DNA of 64,000 nucleotides from Candidatus Latescibacterota bacterium (GCA_965217585.1 OZ244561.1:5920001-5984000), one strand, 5' to 3'. Counted from the stretch's first letter, positions 48,653 through 61,699 are shown. Numbers and translations are program-made. Notes: generated by a model from the sequence alone, not told the origin.

Positions 48653-51592
48653 CTATTCCCGTTCAAAACCCTGGCTGGAAAACTTGAGCGTCCGGCTGTT
48701 CTCGGTGACGGTGCGCACGACGTGATCGGGCGCACCCGAGGGGATTTCGGCTTCTATCTCTAGGGTCACGGTCACTTTGGCACCTACCAAGCCGGCGAGA
48801 TGGGCAATGACCTCATCGGCGATCTGGCTCGCGTCACGGCCGACGCGGGTAGCATCGAGGGTCACGGCCCCGTGAAAGCGCCGCGCTTTCTGCTCAGGTG
48901 GGGGAGGCGTTGGCTCTGGATGGGTGCCGGTACCGGCCGACGCGCTGGCATTCGTCTCAGCGACGCCGACGCCCGCCCCGGTTGCCGATGACGCTGGCTC
49001 TGCCTCCTGCTGTGCGATCGCGGCTGCGGGCTTGACTAGCAGCCCATCGCTCGCAGGATCAAGCAGGGGGACCTCACGGCCACAGCGGAGTCCGCGATAG
49101 CGGCTCGTGGCTTCATCGAAGGCATCGGCATAAGCGAACGATTCATCTCTCCAGAGGAGAAGCCCCAACCCGTCTTGAATGGCTGCAATTAGGACCTCTG
49201 GACCAGCGAGACGGGGCAGGTAGAGATAGCGGGCGAAGTGGTCTGCCAACTGGCGGATTTCTACGTGATCGCCACGCCACAAGGGCACCCGGTCGAGTTC
49301 CATTCGCAGGCGCGTGCCCGCGAGCGCCGGTACCAACAGCTCTTCCGACCGCAGTTTCTTGCTGGCGCGCACGGCGAGCGGGTCCTGCCCAGCCAGCCGC
49401 AGAGCCTGCCACTCGACTGCCGCTTGGGGTGTGGACTGCACTGGCACTAGGAGCCACTGGTAGGCCTCCGGCAGCCGTCCCACCACGGCACCATCCTCCG
49501 ACTTCAACTGTGCTTCGGCCTGCCGCACCTGATGCGGGTCGAGGTTCAGGGTCTCTTTGTCTTGGAGGATGGACGACCACGCCAACCAGCGACGAACCGC
49601 TTCATCCAGGTCCTGCAAGCGGGTCTGGTCCACGGCGAGGAAGACCAGCGTATTGCGAAAGAGGCGCGGGGTGTTGCCGCGATTTTCAAGTATGGCGGTG
49701 GCCGCGGCCTGCGCCTTGCTGTTCGACCCGCTGCTGTGCGGGTGCTCAGTCCCCAGCACCACCAGACGAGCGTCCATATCGTCGGGGATGTCAGCGCCGG
49801 ATTGCGGCACCGTATGGATGCGCTGGAAATCGCCCGTGCTGCGTAAATCGGCACGCAACCGCTGCTCGATCTCAGCCACCACCGGCGCGGGATCGCGCCT
49901 GAATTGATCGGCCCGGTCTTCCGCCAGCTTAGTGACAGTCGGCTGTGTTGAGTACCAGTAGCGCGGGCCATCCTGATAGAGAAAGGTCGCCTGCGTGCTC
50001 AGACGACGCAGGGCATCGCCAAAGATCGCCGGTGTTTCACCCGGCATTGCGGAGCCGAGCTTTATGCGGCGGTCCTCAATGCCGCGATTGGCTACCGAGG
50101 TCGTCGGTGCGGAGCCGAGGTACACGGTGCGCGCCACCCGACGAGTCGCCGAAAACTTGCCTAGGTTCGCTACCTCGCCGTCAATGTGCTGCGGCAGCGC
50201 ATTCGGGCCATCTACATCCGCCTCGATGATCGGCGTCCAGTTGTCGGACAGATAGCGGGTCAACTCGTTGCGGACGTGCAGGTCGTCAATGGGGATGTGT
50301 GCTGGCATGATCAGCGGGTTGCGGTCACCGCGGTCCCACAGACTGTGGATGACGGCGGCCATCAGGCGCAGGACGCCACGGGTGCGCTGAAATTTCACTA
50401 GTGCGGACCAGTCCGTGTAGAGCCGGTCAAAGACTTCTGGATGGATTGGATAGGCGGCACGCAGGCGACGCTCGTAGTCGGCATCTCGACATTCGGCAGG
50501 GAACTCCTGCTGCTGGGCGCGGTAGAAGTCGGCGAAGGTGCGTGAGACATTGTCGCGGGCAGTGAAATGCTCGCGCTCGCTCAAGGGTTCAAACAGGCGG
50601 CGGCGCACGATCTCGAAGCCTTCCTCGGTACTCGCTGGCGTCCAGGAGGATTCGACGCGGCCAATGACGTTTTTGAGCCGCGCCAGCGCCGCCCGGCCGC
50701 GGAGGCCACCGACTTCCTCGTCTTCACCTTGGGCATGGGGAGAGGTCGTCGTATCCGATGACGGCAAGCTGATCACCAACAGGCAACTGTTTGCCGCCCG
50801 TGCGGATTCGGTCAAGGTCTGGGCAAAGCTGAAGTGGGTTTCAAAACTGCCGGCTGGCAGGTCGGCATCGTCGTGCAACTGGCGGGCATAGGCGACCCAT
50901 TCGTCGATCAGAATGAGACACGGCCCGTATTCGTTCATCAGTTCGCGGAGGGTGTCGCCTGGGTTGGTGGCGCGTTCGTCGTCCTGCCGCACTTTGTCGA
51001 ATGCCGCTTTGCCGCCGAGTTGCCAAGCGAGTTCACCCCACAGCGTCTTGACCACGGTGCCATCTTCCTTTGCCGATGGGTTGCCGGGCGAGATCTTATT
51101 GCCGACCAGCACGACCCGTTTGACATGGTCGGGCCGGGCGGCGATTTCGGCTGACGCTATCAGGTCGTCGATGCCGAGCAACTCGCCGGTTGGCATTCCA
51201 GAGAATAGATGGTACAGGGCCAGCATGGAGTGGGTCTTGCCGCCACCGAAGTTGGTCTGTAGTTCCACCACTGGATCGCCGCCCTGACTGCTCAGCCGCT
51301 GCATCGCTCCGCTTAGCAGGCTCTTCAGGCTTTCCGTCAGATAGGTGCGGCGAAAGAATTCTCTTGGGTTGCGGTACTCGTCCGTGCCTTCACCGATATG
51401 GACCTGCCACAGGTCTGCGGCGAACTCGGCCTGTTGGTAGCCGCCGCTGGCCACGTCGCGATGCGGGGCCACGACCTCGCGCCAGGGCTTCAGGCTGCCG
51501 GTGGCTTGGCTTTCGACGGTGGTGCCCGCGCCGCGCCGGCGTTCGCTGCGCGCCTGCTCCTCAAAGATCAGACGGCGCAGCTCCATCTTCAT
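48653..51592 (-). CDS. DUF499 AAA+ ATPase (main part)
   Basis: LKPWREV, QAEFAADL, TNFGGGKTH (Walker A), LILIDEWV (Walker B), YPIHPE, FQRTRGVLR. Confidence 0.9.
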   Translation of the reverse strand: MKMELRRLIFEEQARSERRRGAGTTVESQATGSLKPWREVVAPHRDVASGGYQQAEFAADLWQVHIGEGTDEYRNPREFFRRTYLTESLKSLLSGAMQRLSSQGGDPVVELQTNFGGGKTHSMLALYHLFSGMPTGELLGIDDLIASAEIAARPDHVKRVVLVGNKISPGNPSAKEDGTVVKTLWGELAWQLGGKAAFDKVRQDDERATNPGDTLRELMNEYGPCLILIDEWVAYARQLHDDADLPAGSFETHFSFAQTLTESARAANSCLLVISLPSSDTTTSPHAQGEDEEVGGLRGRAALARLKNVIGRVESSWTPASTEEGFEIVRRRLFEPLSEREHFTARDNVSRTFADFYRAQQQEFPAECRDADYERRLRAAYPIHPEVFDRLYTDWSALVKFQRTRGVLRLMAAVIHSLWDRGDRNPLIMPAHIPIDDLHVRNELTRYLSDNWTPIIEADVDGPNALPQHIDGEVANLGKFSATRRVARTVYLGSAPTTSVANRGIEDRRIKLGSAMPGETPAIFGDALRRLSTQATFLYQDGPRYWYSTQPTVTKLAEDRADQFRRDPAPVVAEIEQRLRADLRSTGDFQRIHTVPQSGADIPDDMDARLVVLGTEHPHSSGSNSKAQAAATAILENRGNTPRLFRNTLVFLAVDQTRLQDLDEAVRRWLAWSSILQDKETLNLDPHQVRQAEAQLKSEDGAVVGRLPEAYQWLLVPVQSTPQAAVEWQALRLAGQDPLAVRASKKLRSEELLVPALAGTRLRMELDRVPLWRGDHVEIRQLADHFARYLYLPRLAGPEVLIAAIQDGLGLLLWRDESFAYADAFDEATSRYRGLRCGREVPLLDPASDGLLVKPAAAIAQQEAEPASSATGAGVGVAETNASASAGTGTHPEPTPPPPEQKARRFHGAVTLDATRVGRDASQIADEVIAHLAGLVGAKVTVTLEIEAEIPSGAPDHVVRTVTENSRTLKFSSQGFERE

Positions 51593-51867
51593 GCGATTGA
51601 CCTCGTCTGCTTGCGGCGCGGAGACGGCTGTTAGCAGGCGAGCGATAGAGTCGAGGGTGCGGTCGGCGTCGTCGCTGGAGAAGCTGTCTTGGTGCGCCCT
51701 ATGGGCTTGTCCGTCAGGTGCGGATCATCGACAAAGCGCCGTATGGTATCCATGTGTACGCCACCGGCCTTGATTTTGTCTTGGAGTTCGCGCTCGACAA
51801 ATGGGCCAAGCCCGGCCTTGAGGAGTTCGAGTGCTTTGCCGACGCGTTCTTGATTGGTAATAGCCAT
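51593..51867 (-). pseudogene. Swt1-like HEPN N-terminal domain of the DUF499 protein, internally deleted and frameshifted
   Basis: MAITNQERVGKALELLKAGLGPFVERE...KPI, then a frame change near 51698 to AHQDSFSSDDADRTLDS..., which is in frame with 48653-51592. Confidence 0.8.
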
Positions 51868-52048
51868 GATATTGCTTCCTTATAAATAGCTGCACGGGCG
51901 ACCTTGGCCGCGATGAGACTGATTGCGCTAGGCCACAATTCAATCCGAGGGCCTTGGGACCGAGGGAGCAATTTTAGACGGCGTTGTTCGGCGAGATGAT
52001 AAGGGATTCCTGCCCCCGATAAGAAGACTTCTGGTGGTTTGCGAATCC

Positions 52049-52486
52049 TCAGCCGAGATGGGCGATTTCCACGTTGCCCCAATGCTGTTTTAGGTACTCG
52101 GCCACAAGCCGACGGTGACAGTGGTGCGGCTTGTCCTCGCTGCACAGCAGGCAGCCATCCGCGACGATCTCTTGCGGGATCGTCTCCTCAATTCGCCGCT
52201 CGCGCATGAGCGCGATGAAGCGGTCCTCGTAGGTCTTCCAGTCGCCGCGCCTTTTCTTGTAGTCGTCCAGCATCTCCTTCGTTGGGGCCAGTGTGGGCAG
52301 GTGAACGTACTCCATCCGGCAAAGCTCGCTGAGAAAGTACTCGAGGTCATCCTTCTTGGCGAAGCCGGCTAGTTGCGACCCATTGTTGAGCCGCACATCG
52401 ACGATGCGCTTGGTGCCCGATTGGCTCAATAGGTCGAAGAAACGGCGGGCCGACTTCTTGGTGAAGCCGATGGTAGAGAGTTTCAT
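52049..52486 (-). CDS. DUF488 family protein
   Basis: TIGFTKKSA, IVDVRL, LLCSEDKPHHCHRRLV. Confidence 0.88.
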   Translation of the reverse strand: MKLSTIGFTKKSARRFFDLLSQSGTKRIVDVRLNNGSQLAGFAKKDDLEYFLSELCRMEYVHLPTLAPTKEMLDDYKKRRGDWKTYEDRFIALMRERRIEETIPQEIVADGCLLCSEDKPHHCHRRLVAEYLKQHWGNVEIAHLG

Positions 52487-53118
52487 GGGTTTGATTCCTC
52501 GGAGGTTGCGGCTAGGTTTTTGTCAACAAAGGCAACGCGTTTTGCCTGAAGCCCAACGGCCTCCGCGACCAGTTTTTCCCGTGGTTGAGTTGTGCGGAAC
52601 AGATCGTCGGCGGGATGTAAATTGAAACGGTCGAGCAAACGATCCATCGCCTTGCCGTGCGGCTCCAGTCGGCCATCGGCGTGGATGTGCGCGACCTCGA
52701 CACCGCGCTCGTCAAGTGCCGGAGCGACGAGGAGCGTCCGGTGGCATTCGAGAGGCTCCCGCTCTGCACATAAGAGCACAATGCAGTGATTAGCTGCGCC
52801 GTGAACGACGCGATCTAAGCCGTGTCGGAACGAATCCGTTTCGGCGACACGGTCGTAGCGGACGCGGCCGTCCTCGTAACAGGCGGGGTCATCGGAGCGA
52901 CCGCCTAGCGCCTGACCGAGATATACATACTCGATTCCACACTTGTTGAGACTGCTGGCTAACGATTCGCGATTGAATTGGGGATTGAAGCGGCTGTACG
53001 GCGCGGAGCGCACATCGGCCAAGGCTGTGACATGGTGCTGGTGCAGGAGCGCGATGAAGGAGTCCAAGGTGTGGTTGGAATGGCCGATGGTAAGGACGGG
53101 GTTGTTGGTCGTGCTCAT
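52483..53118 (-). CDS. DUF488 family protein
   Basis: TIGHSNH, ADVRSAPYSR, LGGR, LLCAEREPLECHR. Confidence 0.88.
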   Translation of the reverse strand: MSTTNNPVLTIGHSNHTLDSFIALLHQHHVTALADVRSAPYSRFNPQFNRESLASSLNKCGIEYVYLGQALGGRSDDPACYEDGRVRYDRVAETDSFRHGLDRVVHGAANHCIVLLCAEREPLECHRTLLVAPALDERGVEVAHIHADGRLEPHGKAMDRLLDRFNLHPADDLFRTTQPREKLVAEAVGLQAKRVAFVDKNLAATSEESNP

Positions 53119-53128
53119 GGCATTATCA

Positions 53129-53812
53129 CTATTCTGCCCGAATGATCGCAGCAATCAGTTTGTAACATGCTCCCTCGAATGGTTCCCCAAGGCTGATGGT
53201 GAGGTAGCATCCGCCGATGTCATAGGTGCCATCCAGCTTCGCCAGATATGCCCGCTCGTATTCAGGATCGGTGACCCAGAGCTTATATCCCTTACCCGCG
53301 TGGACGAATTGTCCCTGTACACGCCGCTTGGGATTACCAAAGGCTTCACCGGGGTTGAATACCGCAAGGTTCAGCCGTTCTACATGGATCAGTCTCAACG
53401 AATCGGAAACCGAGTTTGCCGATTCGAGCAGCATTTTGTCGTTCTGGCCGTGGTACGTTCCTTGTCCGTCAATCCATAACGGGGCGATGGGATCTACAAG
53501 TTTAGGCAGAAATCGCCGCGAAAACGCACCTGTCTTCTCCCAGTAGTAGCCGGGATTGAGCAACCAATTCTCGGTTTGATAGTCCTTGGGCTGCGGCCCC
53601 AGAACCGGGATGTTGATGATGTCCAGTACCCGGGGATCGCTGCCGTCTTCGTATTGACGCTCGTACTCGGACACTTCTTGGTTTTCGCGTGCGCTCACGG
53701 GCCGGACCCAACTGCCAGCGCCCTGCTCCTTACTCCATTCCCGGCCAGCGATGCACCGTCCTGTCAGTTTCCGAGCGTTCGCCAGACAGACGATGTGCTT
53801 CAAGTCATGCAC
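53129..53812 (-). CDS. Dual OB-fold-like domain protein
   Basis: IVCLANARK..GRCIAG, WVRPVS, QTEN, VTDP, LTISLGEP, CYKLIAAI; GTG start after AAGGA. Confidence 0.75.
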   Translation of the reverse strand: MHDLKHIVCLANARKLTGRCIAGREWSKEQGAGSWVRPVSARENQEVSEYERQYEDGSDPRVLDIINIPVLGPQPKDYQTENWLLNPGYYWEKTGAFSRRFLPKLVDPIAPLWIDGQGTYHGQNDKMLLESANSVSDSLRLIHVERLNLAVFNPGEAFGNPKRRVQGQFVHAGKGYKLWVTDPEYERAYLAKLDGTYDIGGCYLTISLGEPFEGACYKLIAAIIRAE

Positions 53813-53844
53813 GAATGAATTCCTTTTTTTGCTTTGCCCGGCTT

Positions 53845-55074
53845 CTATGCTGCCGCCCAAATAACCAACCTCAACTCGCTGTCGTCAATCAGGTTGTATT
53901 CGGGGAGGCGGCCCGAAATTCGCTGGCACTCTTCTCGGATAATCGGCACGCCGTCACCGCGCCGGTCCATCAGATGCATCCGTCCGAGATCGGCCGGTGC
54001 GGGGCAACGGGCCAACAGGGACACGATGAGTTCGTTCCGGCTGGCTTGCCGCAGGTGCAGACTGTCCGGCGAGAGCGTATTCGCCAAGGCACCAGGGACG
54101 TATAGCTCAAGGCGGTCCCCGAACAGGTGCAGACGAATCCGCGAACCTGCCATTGAGTAGTCGCGGTGAGCCACCGCATTGACGAGCGCCTCGAACACGG
54201 CTCGCTCGCTGAACTGCGGGAGATCGACCCGGGCTGTCGTCTTGGTCGCCCGCACGAGCATGTTCCGCCGCACAAAGTGCAGAGCGTCCGCAACCTGCTC
54301 GTCGAGTGGTCCCTTTATATCGCGGGCGTCGGTCTGATAGTTGACATCGGTCCGCTCGCCCGCATAGCTGACGGCTTGTATGTATGCGTGGGGGAGCCAC
54401 TGTTGCGGTTCGCGCGTACCCAGCAGAACGCCGGCGAGCGTGAGGCGTGCAACATCGTCCTCGTTATCGGCCACGAGGCAGAGCTTGCGTGCCGCCTCCT
54501 CGGTGACGCTCTCCTCAATGGAATCCTCCCGCAGGAACCGGCGCGTCAACGAGTAGTTCAGATCGCCCGGCTCGGTGCGGGGCACCAGCGATTCGTCGAA
54601 GCGGATCGTGCGGCTCTGGCTGCGCTCTTGGAAGAGCCGCGCCAAAAGTTCGGCGGCCATTTCGCGCTTCGAACTGCCGATCCTGCGGAAGTACCCACCT
54701 GGGCTTTTGTGGACGAATAGGCTGCGGGCGATGTCGATGCGAATGACCGGAACGAGCGTTCCGGCGGCGTCCGGTAGTTCGAGCTTGAGGATGTCGACGT
54801 CGAGCGCGGGGTTCACCGAGTCGTTACAGATTTCGCGGACCCAGCCCTCGACCACATCCAAGCGCTCTAAAGGGATACCCAAGACCTCGCGGGTCGTGTC
54901 GTCCACTCCCAAGACGAGGGTTCCGCCGCGGCTGTTGGCAAAGGCGGCAAGTTCGTCGGCTAACTCGTTCCGATGCGGGCTAGTGACGCGGTCGCTGGAC
55001 AGCAAAACGCGCTTGAGTTCCAAGGTCGAGTCCTCACCAAGGCGGATGCGGCGAGCTATAGTGGTCTCGGTCAT
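53845..55074 (-). CDS. AlbA_2/Schlafen-like DNA-binding domain plus HATPase_c_4 protein
   Basis: GEDSTLELK, AAFANSRGGTLVLGVDD, EALVNAVAHRDYS, RNELI, GDGV. Confidence 0.88.
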   Translation of the reverse strand: MTETTIARRIRLGEDSTLELKRVLLSSDRVTSPHRNELADELAAFANSRGGTLVLGVDDTTREVLGIPLERLDVVEGWVREICNDSVNPALDVDILKLELPDAAGTLVPVIRIDIARSLFVHKSPGGYFRRIGSSKREMAAELLARLFQERSQSRTIRFDESLVPRTEPGDLNYSLTRRFLREDSIEESVTEEAARKLCLVADNEDDVARLTLAGVLLGTREPQQWLPHAYIQAVSYAGERTDVNYQTDARDIKGPLDEQVADALHFVRRNMLVRATKTTARVDLPQFSERAVFEALVNAVAHRDYSMAGSRIRLHLFGDRLELYVPGALANTLSPDSLHLRQASRNELIVSLLARCPAPADLGRMHLMDRRGDGVPIIREECQRISGRLPEYNLIDDSELRLVIWAAA

Positions 55075-55087
55075 CCCGTCGTTCTCC

Positions 55088-57969
<2,882 letters not shown>

Positions 57970-57973
<4 letters not shown>

Positions 57974-58269
57974 GCGCAGACGGCTAAGAGTTTGCGGAAT
58001 GATTTGAATCGAGGATACTGTTTCCGATGCCGGACCTTCCATTCAATACGGCAGTAGGTGTTCAGATACTCACTGAGCACCATAGCGTCCATGATCAATT
58101 CGGCACCTACAGACTGCATGGATTTTAACCCGTTGCTATATTGCGCGAAGAATTTGCTCTTGCTTGTAGATGGCGGCGGATACAGGTAGAGCCACACGTT
58201 GGCATCGAGCAAGAACGTTTCGCCACAGCTAAACGAATAGGCCGCCAGATCGTGCGCCTTATTCTTCAT
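57970..58269 (-). pseudogene. Shortened PIN-domain protein of a HATPase-STAS-PIN triad
   Basis: FLLDANVW and VLSEYLN present; only 99 aa, later acidic PIN motifs absent; stop overlaps the methylase ATG. Confidence 0.7.
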
Positions 58270-58615
58270 CGCCCAGTTCCTCCTGCCATGCCCGGTCAAA
58301 ATCCTCGGGCCTGCTGAAATACGCCTTGGCGTTATCGACGACGTGCGTGAGCATTTCGCGGTCGTCAGCAGCCAAATCGCGGAAGGAAAGCAACTCGTCA
58401 ATGCGATCCTCGGACAGCTCGCCGTAGAGCTGGCCTACCGCCGCGTTCAGAAACGCGGAGATAAGGATATCCACCCGCTCGAAGGAAAGGACAACCGGCG
58501 TCCCCGCCTTTAGGAGCGGAGCGATCTTGTCGTGCAGATGCTGGCCGTCCCTGGCGGATACGCACAGGGGACCGCCGATGATGTCAAATACTCGGACAGT
58601 AATTGGTTCAGGCAC
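58259..58615 (-). CDS. STAS-like (DUF4325) protein
   Basis: CVSARDGQ, VVLSFERV, SAFLNAAVGQLY. Confidence 0.85.
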   Translation of the reverse strand: MPEPITVRVFDIIGGPLCVSARDGQHLHDKIAPLLKAGTPVVLSFERVDILISAFLNAAVGQLYGELSEDRIDELLSFRDLAADDREMLTHVVDNAKAYFSRPEDFDRAWQEELGDEE

Positions 58616-58633
58616 GGGTTCACTCTTTCCTAT

Positions 58634-59506
58634 TTAAGACACGTCGTCCGTGTCGATCTCACTCTTCAAGAAATAGACCCCTTCATCAGCCGTGTTGATC
58701 CCAATCGTCACGGCAGTTCCAGGGAAGTCCGCCTCCATCTTCGCAAAGGTTTCCTTGTCGCAGTTCAACTCGTAAAACCCAAAGCGAGAGGCGATCTGAA
58801 TCTTCCCTTCATTCAGGCGGGCGAATTTCTGAAGAAACTCAAGGCCCAGCCCACCGGGATGAGGGCCGCTCTTCGTGGTGTGGAATGGCTCGAGTGCCCA
58901 TTTGAGAGCCGGGAGAGAATTGATACGGGGATTATTGAAGTAACGACGGACAGTCTCACGGATTCCGATACCGGCATCGGCGATGGTGAAGTCGAGGCGA
59001 TGCTGTTGCGGGAAGAATTGCCCACAGACGAAGACGCCGAGTTCTGATTCGGAATGGATGACGGCATTCTGATACACCTCAAAGACCTTTTTCTTGAAAA
59101 CCCGGCTCGCCCCTTCGGACATCCTGGGAATACCTCTGCCGCTAAGTTGCCGATGGATATATTCCTCGAACTCGCCTTCGTCACTAAGGCGTAGGCGGCG
59201 AAAGGGCATCGTTATGTAGTCAGTGTCATCGAGCGATTCATACCAATAATTGGTTAGAAACTGGTTTTTCCGAAGCACCTGTTCCACCTCGTCAGGAACA
59301 GCAACTATCTCCACGATGTTGAATTTGTCAGCCACCTGGGCAAGAATCGCCCCTAGGGGTGCAGCCATGTTGGCGTCGAAAAACGAGACCCGCGACATAT
59401 TGAGTTGCAGTCGGTCGGCAAAGAGACCTGCGGCCGCCTTGGCGAGGGCACCGATGCTCTCGAAGCCTTGGCGGTTACTATGTACGGTTGGTAGGTAATA
59501 GATCAT
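58634..59506 (-). CDS. GHKL/HATPase (anti-sigma kinase-like) protein
   Basis: EVYQNAVIHS (N box), IADAGIGI (G1), GGLGL (G2), FPGT. Confidence 0.85.
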   Translation of the reverse strand: MIYYLPTVHSNRQGFESIGALAKAAAGLFADRLQLNMSRVSFFDANMAAPLGAILAQVADKFNIVEIVAVPDEVEQVLRKNQFLTNYWYESLDDTDYITMPFRRLRLSDEGEFEEYIHRQLSGRGIPRMSEGASRVFKKKVFEVYQNAVIHSESELGVFVCGQFFPQQHRLDFTIADAGIGIRETVRRYFNNPRINSLPALKWALEPFHTTKSGPHPGGLGLEFLQKFARLNEGKIQIASRFGFYELNCDKETFAKMEADFPGTAVTIGINTADEGVYFLKSEIDTDDVS

Positions 59507-59700
59507 TGCGGCCCCAGCGTCGGAAAGAACTTTGGGCAGGCTGATAGATTGTCCACCATCTGCACGAAAATCACCGCCCGCGCTACGGCCAGCACAGATG
59601 CAGCGTGCTTAGATGTCCGCGCCGACGCGGCGTTGATTGCGTCGAGCGGCGGGGCGACTTCGACGAGCTTTTTGCGAGATCTGGCTGGCGGTGCGCTCAT
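59503..59700 (-). pseudogene. Decayed copy of the DUF1156 methylase 5' end
   Basis: [20 protein letters not shown]...AVARAVIFVQMVDNLSACPKFFPT vs [20 protein letters not shown]...[24 protein letters not shown]; internal deletion of the HLWWARRP segment. Confidence 0.88.
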
Positions 59701-60164
59701 GGCTTGAGTCCCTTGCTGAGTGGATCGCCGCATTTGATCAATGCCGTTCTTCTCCGTTGTCCACGCAGTTGTATTTTCCTAGCGCGAAGCACTTTGAGGT
59801 CATTCCGATGGATCGTTTTCCCATGCGCAAGGACTGGAGCCAATTGGAACGAAACTCCTTGTGGGAGCCAGACATCAGCCATTCGGGCCCCTCCCTCAAG
59901 TTGCTCCAATACCTGACTGACGCTCAATCTGCCGCTCTTCAACTCAATCGGTGCTACCCAAGTCGCATTCCGTTCTTCGCCGACGAACAAATAGTCGCAT
60001 CGTTTCCAATTATTCGGAATTGACAGTGCGTCGCAGTCCATATCGACGAGAACGCTCATCGGCGGTGCTCCTGTCAAATCAATCCGACATCCGTCTTTAT
60101 CACAGCGAGTCTCATGGCAGTCATTGGGTACTTTGTTGGCAACTACTGCAACTGTTCCGTTCAT
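59697..60164 (-). CDS. Hypothetical protein, PD-(D/E)xK-like
   Basis: RCDYLFV...PIELKSG; coupled to the upstream AAA ATPase (ATGA overlap). Confidence 0.7.
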   Translation of the reverse strand: MNGTVAVVANKVPNDCHETRCDKDGCRIDLTGAPPMSVLVDMDCDALSIPNNWKRCDYLFVGEERNATWVAPIELKSGRLSVSQVLEQLEGGARMADVWLPQGVSFQLAPVLAHGKTIHRNDLKVLRARKIQLRGQRRRTALIKCGDPLSKGLKP

Positions 60165-61699
60165 TCGGTTCTACTGTCCTCGATGCGATTAAAAATACTC
60201 ACGCTTTCGTTGTACAGCGCCGCACTGACTGCATCGTAATCGGTCGGATAGAGGCCGGTTTCCGCATCCAGCTTCACTTCCTCCACTACCGATCCCTTCG
60301 GGCGGAGCTTCGGCTTGAACAGCCATGCCCCCACTTGGTCGGAACGCAGCGCGCAATCCCCCTGGGGGATCTCCTTGCGGCGGGCCTTGGGAAGTTTGGA
60401 GCGCTGCACGATGTTGGCGAGCTCCTCTAGCACCCACTCGCTGTGCGTCGTGACGATCACCCTGACGCCTGCATTAACGAGCACCGCGATTTGGCGGGTG
60501 AATTCGACCTGCATGGCCGGATGCAGGTGCGATTCCGGCTCTTCGATGATCAAGGTCTCGCCGGGTTGGACGACATGGCGGAGATACATGACCACCGGCG
60601 CGAGTTCCGACACCATCGACGAGGTATTCATTAGGGGTAGGGCGTTCTTCCATCCGTCGGGTTTATAGAAAAACTGCGGGTAGCCCATTTCCGACGTTTT
60701 GATTTGAACCAGGCCTCCGAGGATCTCTTGCTCAATGCGCTTGGCTGGAGCGTCCGCTCCGTTGCGCCGACGTTCCGAAAGATCGCCCAACTCGATGAGT
60801 TGATTCAGAAAATCGGCGACAACGCCGGAAAGGTCTGGCAGCGGATCATCTCGGCGAAGTCGAGGTTGCGAGGCACGATTGATCAAGGAACTGACGAGCA
60901 CGCGATGAGCGTGCATCACGCCCGTGCGATCAGCGGGGAGATAATGGGCGGGGCGGCTGATTGGACCGAGGATACAGGAAAGGACGGAGTTGGCAAGGTG
61001 CTCCGACACTTCCGACACACCCGCCATTCTGTCTATATCGTTGCGCCAGCTAAGGAGTCTTGAAGAATAACCATATTTTCTCGGCGGTTTTGCAACCCGC
61101 AAAGGCACTGCCTCAGAGATCGCAGTAGTTAGCTGCGATCCCTTCTGCGTCATCGAAAGTGCGTATTTGAACGGTGCCGCGTTGCCACCTTCTCCCAATC
61201 CGCTGCTTTGCAGGGCAACCTCGGCTTGGGTGCTGCTCGAATGGCGAATCAGGTTCTTGGTGCCATTGACACCGAAACACCGCGTGATCTCCTCATTGAG
61301 TATCTCTTTAAAACCACCATCAACATTCCGGAGTAGAGGAAGCACCAAGTCTGTGACCGGAGCCGACAGAGTTGCATCGGGCTCGGGGTTTTTTACTTCC
61401 CATTCGCGCAACGCTTGGAGGATGCAGTCGAATTCGGCATCGGGCAGCCAAAGGTCCGGTTCCTCGTCCGCGACAAGCTCAGAAAGATCAATTAAGTCTG
61501 TAACCGGCCGAGTTATAGGATAGGGACCGGCCCTAAAAAACCGATGCAGTGCATAAATCAGGATCGCCAGGTAGGATTTCCCCGTGTTGCTCGGCCCGAC
61601 GAATACGGTCAGCGGACGCAGATCGATCTTGGCCTCGACGATCGGCCCGAAATTGGCCACTTCGAGTTCAAGTGAGTCTTGTTTGGTTAGATCGTCCAT
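60161..61699 (-). CDS. AAA_15/AAA_21-type ABC-like ATPase
   Basis: NFGPI, GPSNTGKS, LPADR, SSMVSE, IIEEPESHLHP, TTHS. Confidence 0.9.
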   Translation of the reverse strand: MDDLTKQDSLELEVANFGPIVEAKIDLRPLTVFVGPSNTGKSYLAILIYALHRFFRAGPYPITRPVTDLIDLSELVADEEPDLWLPDAEFDCILQALREWEVKNPEPDATLSAPVTDLVLPLLRNVDGGFKEILNEEITRCFGVNGTKNLIRHSSSTQAEVALQSSGLGEGGNAAPFKYALSMTQKGSQLTTAISEAVPLRVAKPPRKYGYSSRLLSWRNDIDRMAGVSEVSEHLANSVLSCILGPISRPAHYLPADRTGVMHAHRVLVSSLINRASQPRLRRDDPLPDLSGVVADFLNQLIELGDLSERRRNGADAPAKRIEQEILGGLVQIKTSEMGYPQFFYKPDGWKNALPLMNTSSMVSELAPVVMYLRHVVQPGETLIIEEPESHLHPAMQVEFTRQIAVLVNAGVRVIVTTHSEWVLEELANIVQRSKLPKARRKEIPQGDCALRSDQVGAWLFKPKLRPKGSVVEEVKLDAETGLYPTDYDAVSAALYNESVSIFNRIEDSRTE

